DNA of 64,000 nucleotides from Syntrophobacteraceae bacterium. GTDB lineage: Bacteria; Desulfobacterota; Syntrophobacteria; Syntrophobacterales; Syntrophobacteraceae. Each line of letters begins with the position of its first letter. Positions within the stretch are counted from its first letter, which is position 1. The notes under the pieces are model-generated. The model did not search any database. It was not told where the DNA came from and saw only the letters and a list, made by a program, of their open reading frames with translations. The position numbers and the translations under genes are program-made. The stretch is taken from positions 5,890 to 69,889 of the forward strand of contig JBAQYM010000202.1 in assembly GCA_049300095.1 (NCBI GenBank). Reading direction: 5' to 3'. Shown piece after piece: positions 1 through 8,507 of the stretch.

Positions 1-370
1 TGCCCAACGTCCTGAGCGTGTGCGTGAAAGGGGTCTGTTCGACGGTTTCCGTCCGTACGCCGATAATCTGCTGTTTTTCGAGGCTTATCCTGATGTTGCC
101 CGTGGAGAGGGCGGGATTTTTGCCGGATTCGCCACGCGATTGGTCGTCGTCCGCGTATACCGGCTCCATTTTCATGCCGCAGGGCGCGAGCCCGGGCTCG
201 CTCGACGTATGGGCGGGGTTCATCGGATCGACGTAATAGAGGACGGGGCGTTTGGTTTCGGCCCCCCCCCGACCGGCTGAGCGATGGCCGGACCAGTAAC
301 CGACCAGGAATAACCCGGCGAAGAGAATGGAAAGCACAATGCCTGGAAGCACTCGTTTCATCATCGCCAT
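1..370 (-). CDS. Efflux RND periplasmic adaptor, heavy-metal (CusB/CzcB-like) type; N-terminal part only, CDS runs off the left edge
   Basis: Absent from the ORF track because there is no stop in the window. ATG at 370 follows GGAAAGG. Translation: MAMMKRVLPGIVLSILFAGLFLVGYW (membrane anchor), then VLYYVDPMNPAHTSSEPGLAPCGMKMEPVY, the N-terminal motif typical of Cu/Ag efflux adaptors. Lies downstream of the multicopper oxidase on the same strand. Confidence 0.7.
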   Translation of the reverse strand, partial: MAMMKRVLPGIVLSILFAGLFLVGYWSGHRSAGRGGAETKRPVLYYVDPMNPAHTSSEPGLAPCGMKMEPVYADDDQSRGESGKNPALSTGNIRISLEKQQIIGVRTETVEQTPFTHTLRTLG

Positions 371-659
371 CAAGCCTTTCCTACCCGTGGGCATGAGACA
401 TTATCAGGTATCGAGGGCATCCACCCCTGGGGTGAAATCCCCGAGCGGCCCAGGCGCGGCATTGTGCGCCGGACCTTTCGGCCTGGACCGTTTATAACTG
501 TCAGCCTTACTAAGATACAGGGATTATTACAGAAATTGATCGCGTTTCAAGCGCCGCGCTCAAGAACATGTTAAAAAGGACCCCGCAACTGGCGCGGGGT
601 CCCTGTTTATGGCCGACAAATCACGCCGGGCAAGATTATTCTGAATTACCCCGTGGCTG

Positions 660-2750
660 TTACGTTACCACCAGGGGCCGCATCATGTCATGCTCCTCGT
701 GTTCGAGGATGTGGCAGTGGTACACGAACTCGTTGCCGCCCGTCCTCGGACTCGGCGGCACAACAAACGGGAGGCCTGCCGAGAGGTCGAATTTCATTAT
801 GACGGCGATTACTTCCCCTGGATGCATCTTGAGGGTTTCCTTCCATCCCTTCTCCTGGGCGTCAGGATAGCGCCGCGGCCCGGTATAGGTGGGCGTTCCG
901 TTATAGGCCGCCACATTGAAAGGCCTTCGCCACAGGACCTGGACATTTACAAGGTGAAAGTGGATGGGGTGGGTGTCCGCACTGATATTGGCGATCTCCC
1001 AGATCTCAGTGGTCCCCGCCGCGACACTCTCCGTCACCGGATCGGTGTAGGCGCGGCCAAACTTACCGGGACTTACCGGGACGTTCGTCCCGATCAACTG
1101 GATCAGGCGACCAAAGCTATCCACGTCCTCGTTGAGGGTGAGCTGTCTTACGGGAGTTCCCGGAGGCGCGACAGGCCTTCCGGTTGTCGGGTCGTAAGGC
1201 GCGAGAAAGGGGTCTATCCCTGGGGTAAGATCCGTGTTGGGTCCAAGCTGGCGCGGCACATCGCCCGGGGCGGTTATCGTCGTGCCCACGTTGAAGCGCA
1301 TGATCTGCCGCGTATCCGGACCGAAGCCGGCCCTCGAAGAGGCGTAGACTTTCGGGTTGCCGAAGAAGAAGTCGGCGAACGGATCTCCATTGGGAAACGG
1401 GGCCGGGGCATCATTGTAGAGAATGATCTTCTGGCCCGCAAAATTTTTGAAGTCGACTATGAGGTCCCAGCGCTCGGCGTTACCCGTAATGAGGCTGCCG
1501 CTATAGACCGGGTTGCCGCTTCCGTCGACCGTTACCTGGAACGGGACATTGGCTGCTTGCCAATACGGGTTCTTGAGAAAGCCCCCTTCGGTTCCGAGCA
1601 CCAGGAAGGCGGGCCCCGCGACATTTGTCGGCACAAAAGTGCCGCCCGGGCCGGGGACCAGGGTGATTCCGTCCGCGCTTCCGTCATCGACATACAACTG
1701 CAAGTTCAAAAAGCGTGAATTACAGGCGTTCAGTATGCGAAACCTGTATCTTCTCGGCTCCACCACCGCCTCCGGATAAACCACCCCGTTGGTGAGCATG
1801 GTGTCCCCGAACATTTCCGGGACGACGGAGGGATCGACAGCAGGCGCGGCGCTATTGATGTGGGGATACCACATGGTGCCGCGAGTCGTCCCCTTCGTCC
1901 AGGTCGGGTCAACCGTCAAAATGTTTTTCTCATTTACAAAGACCTTGTCCTGAATAACAATCGGTATCTCATTGCCCCCGTTCTCGATAAAATCGGGCAG
2001 GCCCAGGTTTCTGAGATTACCCTCGAAAGTATCCCGGATTATATAGGCGGTGGCCAATCCCGCATAGGCATTCAGCCTCGTGGTTCCGATCGCGTGGTCG
2101 TGGTACCACAGGAGCCTGGCGCTTTGATCGTTGGGGTAGTAGTATTCGCCTTCATTCTTGAGAGCGGTTGGATTCAATACCTGGTTATTCAGAAAGCTCG
2201 CTCCATGGTTGTTGGATACGCCAAACCAGTCAAACGGCCCTCCGTCGCTGATCCAGGGCACCAACCCGCCGTGCAGGTGGATAGCCGCGCGGTTCTGCGG
2301 CCGTTGCGCCCCCGGTATGGTGAGATCGACGGGCAGGATATGGGTAAAGGGGAGTTGGTTGTTGAAAGTGAACTGGAGCGGTGTCCCTCTGTTTACCACG
2401 ACAATCCCGCCCAGATGCTTCGGCGGTTGGACTCCCCCGCCCAGGGGGACCCTGGGGTTGTATCCCCAAAGCGTTGTGGGCCCGAGATTGGGATGCAGCG
2501 TATCCGTAAACTGCAGCATATCCACAGTGCAATGGGTGACATTTGTTACGGGCGCCTGAAAGGCATCCGGCGCTACGATGGGTATCCCGCCCGGACCGAC
2601 TCCGCGTAACGGCTGTACGAATTTCCTCAGGAGCGGACTCTTGGCTGCAAACGCGCTGGTGGGAAACGAGAGAAGCCCCGTCCCCAGCGCCCCGGCCGCC
2701 ACTCCCGACATTACCGAAAGCCTGATAAACTCCCTTCTTGTCATCCTCAT
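660..2750 (-). CDS. Multicopper oxidase, TAT-exported
   Basis: 696-aa ORF with twin-arginine signal MRMTRREFIRLS. Four copper-site motifs: HLHGG, WYHDHA, HPIHFHLV, HCHILEHEEHDMM. GGAGGAG lies 7 nt upstream of the ATG. Confidence 0.9.
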   Translation of the reverse strand: MRMTRREFIRLSVMSGVAAGALGTGLLSFPTSAFAAKSPLLRKFVQPLRGVGPGGIPIVAPDAFQAPVTNVTHCTVDMLQFTDTLHPNLGPTTLWGYNPRVPLGGGVQPPKHLGGIVVVNRGTPLQFTFNNQLPFTHILPVDLTIPGAQRPQNRAAIHLHGGLVPWISDGGPFDWFGVSNNHGASFLNNQVLNPTALKNEGEYYYPNDQSARLLWYHDHAIGTTRLNAYAGLATAYIIRDTFEGNLRNLGLPDFIENGGNEIPIVIQDKVFVNEKNILTVDPTWTKGTTRGTMWYPHINSAAPAVDPSVVPEMFGDTMLTNGVVYPEAVVEPRRYRFRILNACNSRFLNLQLYVDDGSADGITLVPGPGGTFVPTNVAGPAFLVLGTEGGFLKNPYWQAANVPFQVTVDGSGNPVYSGSLITGNAERWDLIVDFKNFAGQKIILYNDAPAPFPNGDPFADFFFGNPKVYASSRAGFGPDTRQIMRFNVGTTITAPGDVPRQLGPNTDLTPGIDPFLAPYDPTTGRPVAPPGTPVRQLTLNEDVDSFGRLIQLIGTNVPVSPGKFGRAYTDPVTESVAAGTTEIWEIANISADTHPIHFHLVNVQVLWRRPFNVAAYNGTPTYTGPRRYPDAQEKGWKETLKMHPGEVIAVIMKFDLSAGLPFVVPPSPRTGGNEFVYHCHILEHEEHDMMRPLVVT

Positions 2751-3720
2751 GTTTCATCTCCTCCGTGTTGCGGTGATTCGATCCATCTTTCTTGCCGAAG
2801 CTCAACTTCCCGCCGATGAGTCGGGCGTGGGTTGTTCACGGCCGGTCGCGCAGCCGGGCGACCGGGGGAGGGCCGCACACGCCTCCCAAAACCTGCTTGG
2901 TGTGGGCCTTACCGGCAGTTCACGCTGCCCGGAGGATGCCGGAGAAACAGTTCGGCATCCAAAGCCCGCTTGCGTCGGTTTCACAATCGACGGGCACTGG
3001 CAGGCCAGAAAAAGGTAATACATAACCTCTGCCGCGTGTTCCCGGCCAAGGGGTTTGAGAGATGCTTTTCCTGCGATCATACTCTCTGCTACCGTTTTTA
3101 ATCAGGTTGTGGGGAAGTTTCAATCAGGTGAACTAGGTATTTTGTGGACCGCTGACATGTATATGTATAAACAAGATAATTCAGAGGCGCTTAACGCCCG
3201 CATCGTTTATCATTGACGCTCAAAACAAGGCCTGTATGTCGCCTGTATCAATTGGCGACGGCAGGAGAAATTGTTGCCGCCGCACCCACGGCCTTGCCTG
3301 TGCCCGCCCATGGATGGGATGGGAAACTGCGCCCCTGGCGTGATGCGGAGTGCGACCGGGCTAGAACGCTCCGGATGTGATAGAACGCGTCAAGACAAAG
3401 ATCGGGGTAGGGGAAGCCGCCCCTGGCCGGAAGATACGAAGCGGGAAGGAGATCGTTTCGGAGGGAGAACCATATATGCCGGAGATGAGATTCCGTGCTC
3501 TTTCAGGGGGCTTTTCCTGCCGCACATACCGAGATAGGTGCTTGGAATGGTTACTGATGTCGTTGGATTGCCCTTTAAGGGAGGGACCTGATCTTATGGA
3601 CTTGGCGGGAGACGGCGGCTTGCAGGCTAAATCCACACGAAAACAGTATATTTAGTCCGGCGATCCCGACCTACTGTGGTTACCGGTGGCCTGAAAGTTC
3701 TATTCCCTCTTGGGAACCGC

Positions 3721-3898
3721 AACGTAATAACTGTTACATTTCGTGAGTTCGTTCGTAGTTCGTAATTCGTAGGATGGGTGGAGCGCCCCGCGCAACCCAT
3801 CGCCTCAGGAGTGTGTGATGGGTTGCGGGCGCTCCACCCATCCTACGCGATCCTGCGCGATACATCGAGCTTTCATGAAATGCAAAGGTGATTACGTT
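3721..3898. repeat. Nested palindromic intergenic element (outer IR 3721-3746/3873-3898; inner IR 3768-3847)
   Basis: Inner arms CGTAGGATGGGTGGAGCGCC...GGCGCTCCACCCATCCTACG. Outer arms AACGTAATAACTGTTACATTTCGTGA / TCATGAAATGCAAAGGTGATTACGTT. Sits directly 3' of lexA and may also act as its terminator. Confidence 0.6.
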
Positions 3899-3914
3899 GC
3901 GGTCACTTACAGCT

Positions 3915-4535
3915 TTATACGATAGAACCCGATCTTTGACGGTAGTTTCTCAAAAGCCCCATCACCACCCCCACAACCTCCACCTCATCGGCAGCTACCC
4001 GGATAGGCTTCATGCTCTCATTTGCGGGGCGGAGTTCTATCTCTTTTCCGTGGTGATAGAACTTCTTGACCGTTGACTCCCCATTCACAAGGGCCACCAC
4101 GGTTTGCCCGCTTTCCGCATGAGGCTGCCTGGTAATGACCAGGATGTCCCCATTCCGGATGCCCTCGTCAATCATGGAGTCCCCCTTGACTCGCAGGGCG
4201 AAATTGCCTCCATGTCCAAGGAAATCTTCCGGCACTTCAATGGATTCAGGCACCTCGACGGCCTCGATAGGGGTCCCCGCCGCCACAACTCCGAGAAATG
4301 GAATGACTCCGCTTCCGGTTTGGAGAGGGACCAGCTCCAGGGCGCGTTTCTTGTTTTTCCAGGGAATCCTGAGATAGCCTCTTTCCTCTATCTGCTTGAG
4401 ATGCTTGAAGACGGCGTTCAAGGATTGGAACCCGAGATTGCTTCGGATCTCCTCGTAGGATGGGGCGTAGCCATGCTGATCGATATAGCCTCGCACAAAC
4501 CGGTATACCCGTTCCTGGGCCGGGGTGAGCCCCAT
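3915..4535 (-). CDS. lexA: LexA repressor (S24 autopeptidase)
   Basis: MGLTPAQERVYRFVRGYIDQHGYAPSYEEIRSNLGF (winged HTH). Cleavage/catalytic region VKGDSM ... TVKKF. Start set at 4535 (GGGAGGA 6 nt upstream) rather than the ORF-track 4565. Confidence 0.9.
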   Translation of the reverse strand: MGLTPAQERVYRFVRGYIDQHGYAPSYEEIRSNLGFQSLNAVFKHLKQIEERGYLRIPWKNKKRALELVPLQTGSGVIPFLGVVAAGTPIEAVEVPESIEVPEDFLGHGGNFALRVKGDSMIDEGIRNGDILVITRQPHAESGQTVVALVNGESTVKKFYHHGKEIELRPANESMKPIRVAADEVEVVGVVMGLLRNYRQRSGSIV

Positions 4536-4558
4536 AGAATGTCCTCCCGACGTATGGG

Positions 4559-5227
4559 TCAGCATGAATACCCGAACCGCACCGCCTTCTCCCGCAAGGA
4601 CCCCAGGAAATGCAGGTCGGCGGGCGAGGCCCTGTGTCCTTTTTCCTCGATGAACCTGATCAGGCCGAGGATTTTTGAAATCCTCGGAGACACGACATCA
4701 TAGCCGTTTTCCCTGGATTTTCCACTTCTATCGCCGGATTGCACGAACCGACCCTGGAATCTGAGAAACTCCTCGCCGGACTCAAAGACCTCTCCGTGCC
4801 AGAAGTCTTTGTAGACTTTTGTCGAGCCTTCATCAATGCGCCGCGCCGTCTCCACTATATTGATGCAAGCCTGTTCCCTGACCGTTCGGAAGAGATATCC
4901 CCAAGTCTCCCTCTCGCCGAGATAACCGAAAGGAGCGGGGAGTTCATGATCAAAGCAGTACGACCGTTTGAAAAACGGCCACTTGAAGATCGGAGAGCCC
5001 GGCCGCGGAAGGCCATTACGCCCGACCTGGACGACAAACTCGGGAAGCTCGCCATGTTCCCCCCACTCCTTGTGGGCGGATTTGACAGAGCGGTCCACCA
5101 TCTCTTGCGAATCCTGCCAAAGGGCGTGCTCGACGGCAAGCTGGAGCAAGTGGATGGTTTCCCGTATCCCATTTTGGGCAAGCACCACAACAGCCCTTTT
5201 TTTCAATGTATAAAGGTCAACGCTCAT
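4559..5227 (-). CDS. Hypothetical protein, first gene of the lexA operon
   Basis: 222-aa ORF ending 23 nt before the lexA start, same strand, with a good promoter upstream. I recognise no family motif. Confidence 0.55.
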   Translation of the reverse strand: MSVDLYTLKKRAVVVLAQNGIRETIHLLQLAVEHALWQDSQEMVDRSVKSAHKEWGEHGELPEFVVQVGRNGLPRPGSPIFKWPFFKRSYCFDHELPAPFGYLGERETWGYLFRTVREQACINIVETARRIDEGSTKVYKDFWHGEVFESGEEFLRFQGRFVQSGDRSGKSRENGYDVVSPRISKILGLIRFIEEKGHRASPADLHFLGSLREKAVRFGYSC

Positions 5228-5335
5228 CTTTCCCCCTCGAGACTTCTCCGTTTGTGGTCCAACTAAATTTTTTCAGCCCGTTTACGCTCGCCCGCTTTTT
5301 TGAAAGAGGATGCGATTCGCGCCTCCTCGGTGGTG

Positions 5336-5353
5336 AGGTGAATATAAGGTGAA
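5336..5353 (-). promoter_or_regulatory. Direct repeat AGGTGAA-N4-AGGTGAA (TTCACCT-N4-TTCACCT on the gene strand) overlapping the -10 of the lexA-operon promoter; candidate operator
   Basis: Read directly from the sequence. Two 7-mers lie 11 bp apart start-to-start, with a third partial GGTGA at 5332-5336. Confidence 0.3.
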
Positions 5354-5370
5354 AGTTAGTCCGGTGTCAA
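5341..5370 (-). promoter_or_regulatory. Sigma-70-type promoter for the hypothetical-lexA operon
   Basis: On the minus strand: TTGACA (5365-5370), 16-18 nt spacer, TTATATT (5341-5348). About 105 nt upstream of the ATG at 5227. Confidence 0.45.
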
Positions 5371-5488
5371 GTATTTTTTTGTTTGTCTAAAGACGGCGGG
5401 AACGGGGGCGGCGACCGGGGAAACGACGGGTGCACGCGCCACCGCCCCATAATGTGTGGCGCAACAGGTCGGAAGGAGGCCTGCGGAC

Positions 5489-5517
5489 TTGACATTTCCG
5501 CTCGGAGCTAATAAGAA
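5489..5517 (+). promoter_or_regulatory. Sigma-70-type promoter feeding the cobalamin riboswitch
   Basis: TTGACA (5489-5494), 17-nt spacer, TAAGAA (5512-5517). Confidence 0.45.
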
Positions 5518-5534
5518 TTCCTGGACCTTTTTAA

Positions 5535-5705
5535 ATACACGGAGTTCAGTAACGGAACACGGTGCAAGTCCGTGACGGTCCCGCCGCTGTGACCGGGGAC
5601 GCAGATCAGAGTTATGAGCCACTGTACGGGGCGTAGTCCGTACCGGTATGGGAAGGCTATGATCTGGCGGATGATCCGGAAGTCAGAAGACGACTGAGCG
5701 TCCCA
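5535..5705 (+). promoter_or_regulatory. Cobalamin (B12) riboswitch aptamer
   Basis: Conserved core AACGGAACACGGTGCAAGTCCGTGACGGTCCCGCCGCTGTGA, then GCCACTG, GGGAAGGC and a B12-box-like GAAGTCAGAAGACGACTG. The order and spacing match the cobalamin riboswitch class (Rfam RF00174). Confidence 0.85.
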
Positions 5706-5724
5706 TGTCAAGGAATCTGATGGC

Positions 5725-5776
5725 AAAGGGTTCCGGTAGCCGTGTCGCGGCTGTCGGAACCCTTTTTCCGTTTTTC
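5725..5776 (+). terminator. Intrinsic terminator (riboswitch expression platform)
   Basis: Stem AAAGGGTTCCG ... CGGAACCCTTT with an inner AGCCG/CGGCT pair, followed by TTCCGTTTTT. Lies 20 nt before the downstream ATG. Confidence 0.7.
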
Positions 5777-5795
5777 AGGGGGGTGGATCAGACCC

Positions 5796-6767
5796 ATGGA
5801 AATGTCGGCTATCCTGGTCAAAGATATCGGCGCTTTTGAACTGACGACGGTCCCGGTGCGAGACCTTGAAGATGATGAGGTGCTGATTGAAGTCGAGGTG
5901 ACCGGTCTGTGCCGAACGGACCTTAAACTAATACGTGTGGGACACCGCGATCTTACGCTGCCGAGGATACCGGGCGAAGAGGTTGTCGGCGTTATCCGAA
6001 GGAAGGGCGGCAATGTGTCCGCGTTGCACGAGGGCTCCAGGGTTTATGTGTACCCGGGCCTGTGGTGCGGCCGTTGCGTGGCTTGTCGGACAGGAGCGGA
6101 AAACCTGTGCCGGGGAATGCAAATCATGGGGTTTCACCGGGATGGCGGGTTTGCGGAGTATGTCATCGCGCCCGCAAAGAGCGTTATTCCAGTGCCGGAT
6201 GGTCTCAGTGCTGAACGGGCCGTATTTGCCGAGCCACTTTCCTGCTGCCTCAACGCCCTTGAACTGGCTCGCCTCGGCAAAGGGGAAACCGTGGGCATCT
6301 GGGGCGCCGGTCCCGCTGGGACCCTGCTTGCGAGAGCATCCCGGACGATGGGGGCCGAACCTTTTGCCATCGAGCCGGATCGGCGGCGCGGAGAGATCGC
6401 TCAAGGAATCGCCTGCCGCGGGAGCGAGAAATTTGATGTTTGCATCGTTGCGGTCGGATCGGGACAGGCCTACCGGGAAGCGTTCGGGGCGATGAACCCG
6501 CGCGGGCGCCTTGTGATCTTCTCGGGGCTGCATGCGTCGGAAGATGAAATGCCCCTTAGCCTAAACCAGTTGCACTACCACGAGCAAACCATAGTGGGTG
6601 CTTACGGATGCAGCTTCAGGCATGGCGTTCAGGCACTGCGCCTGATCTCCACGGGAGCGGTCGCCGTTGAAGACATGATCTCGCACCGAATGGCTCTGGG
6701 CGATCTGGAACAAGCACTGCAAATCGTTGAAGACCGTAAGGGCATGAAGGTCCTACTCTACCCTTGA
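5796..6767 (+). CDS. Zinc-type medium-chain dehydrogenase/reductase (threonine/sorbitol dehydrogenase-like)
   Basis: GLCRTDLKL, structural-zinc motif CGRCVACRTGAENLC, Rossmann GIWGAGPAGTL. The usual GHE is PGEE here. Start moved to the ATG at 5796, downstream of the terminator. Confidence 0.85.
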   Translation: MEMSAILVKDIGAFELTTVPVRDLEDDEVLIEVEVTGLCRTDLKLIRVGHRDLTLPRIPGEEVVGVIRRKGGNVSALHEGSRVYVYPGLWCGRCVACRTGAENLCRGMQIMGFHRDGGFAEYVIAPAKSVIPVPDGLSAERAVFAEPLSCCLNALELARLGKGETVGIWGAGPAGTLLARASRTMGAEPFAIEPDRRRGEIAQGIACRGSEKFDVCIVAVGSGQAYREAFGAMNPRGRLVIFSGLHASEDEMPLSLNQLHYHEQTIVGAYGCSFRHGVQALRLISTGAVAVEDMISHRMALGDLEQALQIVEDRKGMKVLLYP

Positions 6768-6813
6768 GTGGTACGATCTCGGGGGAGCACGGGCAACACG
6801 GGAGAAATGGAAG

Positions 6814-7959
6814 ATGGCATGGTCGGAAGGATCGTTGAGAGAATTCGGTGCGAATATCCAGAGGCTTATCCGCAAGGAGGACCTTAACCGCGCGGAAAGC
6901 TACGAGATGTTTCGGCAGATTTTGCTGAATGAGCAGCCGGATTTACAGCAGGGCGCATTCCTTTCCGCCCTGGTGTCGAAGGGTGAGACGCACCTGGAGA
7001 TTGCCGGCGCGTGGCAGGCCATCGTCGAGCACGACACAGCCCTTATTGGCGATGAATTCGACCGCCCCCTGGTCGAAAATTCCGGGACCGGCATGGATCA
7101 GCTCAAGACATTCAACGTGAGCACGGCCGCATCGGTGGTTGCCGCGGCCGGGGGCGCTCGTCTTGCCCGGCATGGCGCGCGGGCCCTCACATCTTCTTGT
7201 GGCACGGTGGATCTGCTCGAGAGAATTGGCATCGACGTCGAGTGCGAACTGGAAATAGTCGTTGCGAGCATAAAGAAAGAGGGAATCGGCTTGTTTAACG
7301 GCACAAGCTCTAAAGTCCATCCGCAATCGCTCGGGCGGATTCTCAGTCAGATCCGGTTCGGGTCCACTCTCAATATCGCCGCGTCGCTGGCAAGCCCGTG
7401 TCGTCCCACGCATGCGCTGCGGGGCGTGTATTCGGCGGAGTTGGTCCCGAGGGTGAGCGAGGTGATGAAAGAGATCGGCTACGAGCGGGCGATGATCGTG
7501 CACGGGTTTGATGCAACGAAAAAGAAGGGAATGGACGAGATCTCGACCATAGGAGAGACTTTGGTCTGTGAGTTCCTCCCCGGTGGAGAGGAGCAAACAT
7601 TTCTGCTGGCCCCGGAAGATGTCGGCCTCAAGCGGGCTGACTACTCAGACATAGCGGCAACCGGAGACGTCCGAAAAGAGGTCGTTCGATTCATGAAGGT
7701 GATCAGTGGGACCGGGCACCCTCAATGCATTGACATGACGTGTCTCAACGCGGGCGCGATCCTCTATCTGGTGGGCAAAGCCGAAGATATACGGATGGGC
7801 GTTGAAATGAGCCGTGAGATCATAGAAACAGGCAAGGCCCTGGCCAAACTCACCCGCTGGATTTCAGTTCAGGCCGACCCGTCGGGAAAGGGCCCGGTAA
7901 AGTACCTGAATGCGGCCGCCGAGGCGGGCATAAGGGCGGAAGTGGCCGCGCTGTTGTAG
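6814..7959 (+). CDS. Glycosyltransferase family 3 / TrpD-like phosphoribosyltransferase paralog
   Basis: NSGTGMDQLKTFNVSTAASVVAAAGGARLARHGARALTSSCGTVDLLE aligns by eye to the TrpD block GTGGD..TFNISTA..A.HGNR..SS..GSADVLE. The PRPP loop is GTGMD rather than GTGGD. Confidence 0.8.
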   Translation: MAWSEGSLREFGANIQRLIRKEDLNRAESYEMFRQILLNEQPDLQQGAFLSALVSKGETHLEIAGAWQAIVEHDTALIGDEFDRPLVENSGTGMDQLKTFNVSTAASVVAAAGGARLARHGARALTSSCGTVDLLERIGIDVECELEIVVASIKKEGIGLFNGTSSKVHPQSLGRILSQIRFGSTLNIAASLASPCRPTHALRGVYSAELVPRVSEVMKEIGYERAMIVHGFDATKKKGMDEISTIGETLVCEFLPGGEEQTFLLAPEDVGLKRADYSDIAATGDVRKEVVRFMKVISGTGHPQCIDMTCLNAGAILYLVGKAEDIRMGVEMSREIIETGKALAKLTRWISVQADPSGKGPVKYLNAAAEAGIRAEVAALL

Positions 7960-8049
7960 GACCCATCGATGCCCTTGGGACTATGTTGGGCCTGTTCGGC
8001 ATGAGCGGGAATCATGGCGCACGTCCCTGGCTGCCGGTGGAACATTAAG

Positions 8050-8371
8050 AGCTTGTCCGTAAATAACCCAGTCGACTGCGAGCACAGCCTTACGGGTTGC
8101 TGTCCAATCACATACGACAGATTACCCATGCAACTGAAGTTCGGCTCGGGTCGTCAAAACCGTCATTCCCTGTTTGAGTGCTTTTGGGCGGGAATCCAGT
8201 GTCTTGCTTTGCGCAACAGACCGAAAATACGCTGGATTCCCGCCCAAAAGCACTCAAACAGGGAATGACGATCCGTAGATCCCGACGTGTTCGCAGACCG
8301 CTTGGAATTCTGAGCTATGCCACTGGGCAACAGATCCTAAAATCGCTTCACAGGCTACTTACGGACAAGTT
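8050..8371. mobile_element. MITE-like non-autonomous element, copy 1
   Basis: Terminal inverted repeats AGCTTGTCCGTAAATAA / ACTTACGGACAAGTT, flanked by TTAAG and CTAAG. Internal 39-bp perfect inverted repeat CGTCATTCCCTGTTTGAGTGCTTTTGGGCGGGAATCCAG. Roughly three-quarters identical by eye to 23760-24076. Confidence 0.65.
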
Positions 8372-8507
8372 CTAAGTGAACAGTATTGGAGTCAGCCGGC
8401 CGGCAAGGAAGAGCGGCCGCTCTCTCGATACGGGGCACGGCGGGCTAATCGATGGTAGAATGGATCGCGAAGAGACGGAGGACCGAAATGCGAGATGGTA
8501 TTGAGAA

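Noticed and set aside
690-2609. Plus-strand ORFs (342 aa, 249 aa) within the multicopper oxidase region
   Set aside because: They are antisense to a CDS that has all four copper-site motifs.
2990-3020. Possible sigma-54 promoter (CTGGCCTGCCAGTGCC on the minus strand) upstream of the multicopper oxidase
   Set aside because: The GG-to-GC spacing is one nucleotide short of the -24/-12 consensus, and the flanking bases do not match.
3271-3655. Overlapping ORFs of about 90 aa in the 1.1-kb gap between the multicopper oxidase and lexA
   Set aside because: They have no RBS, their composition is atypical, and they overlap on both strands. The region is probably regulatory or non-coding, and I could not identify an RNA family.
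8014-8375. Small ORFs inside MITE copy 1 (and 23836-24189 in copy 2) that share the N-terminus M(Q/K)LKFG(S/L)GRQNRHS
   Set aside because: Similarity between the copies ends after about 14 residues and the frames diverge. The conservation is explained by nucleotide-level repeat identity, not coding.
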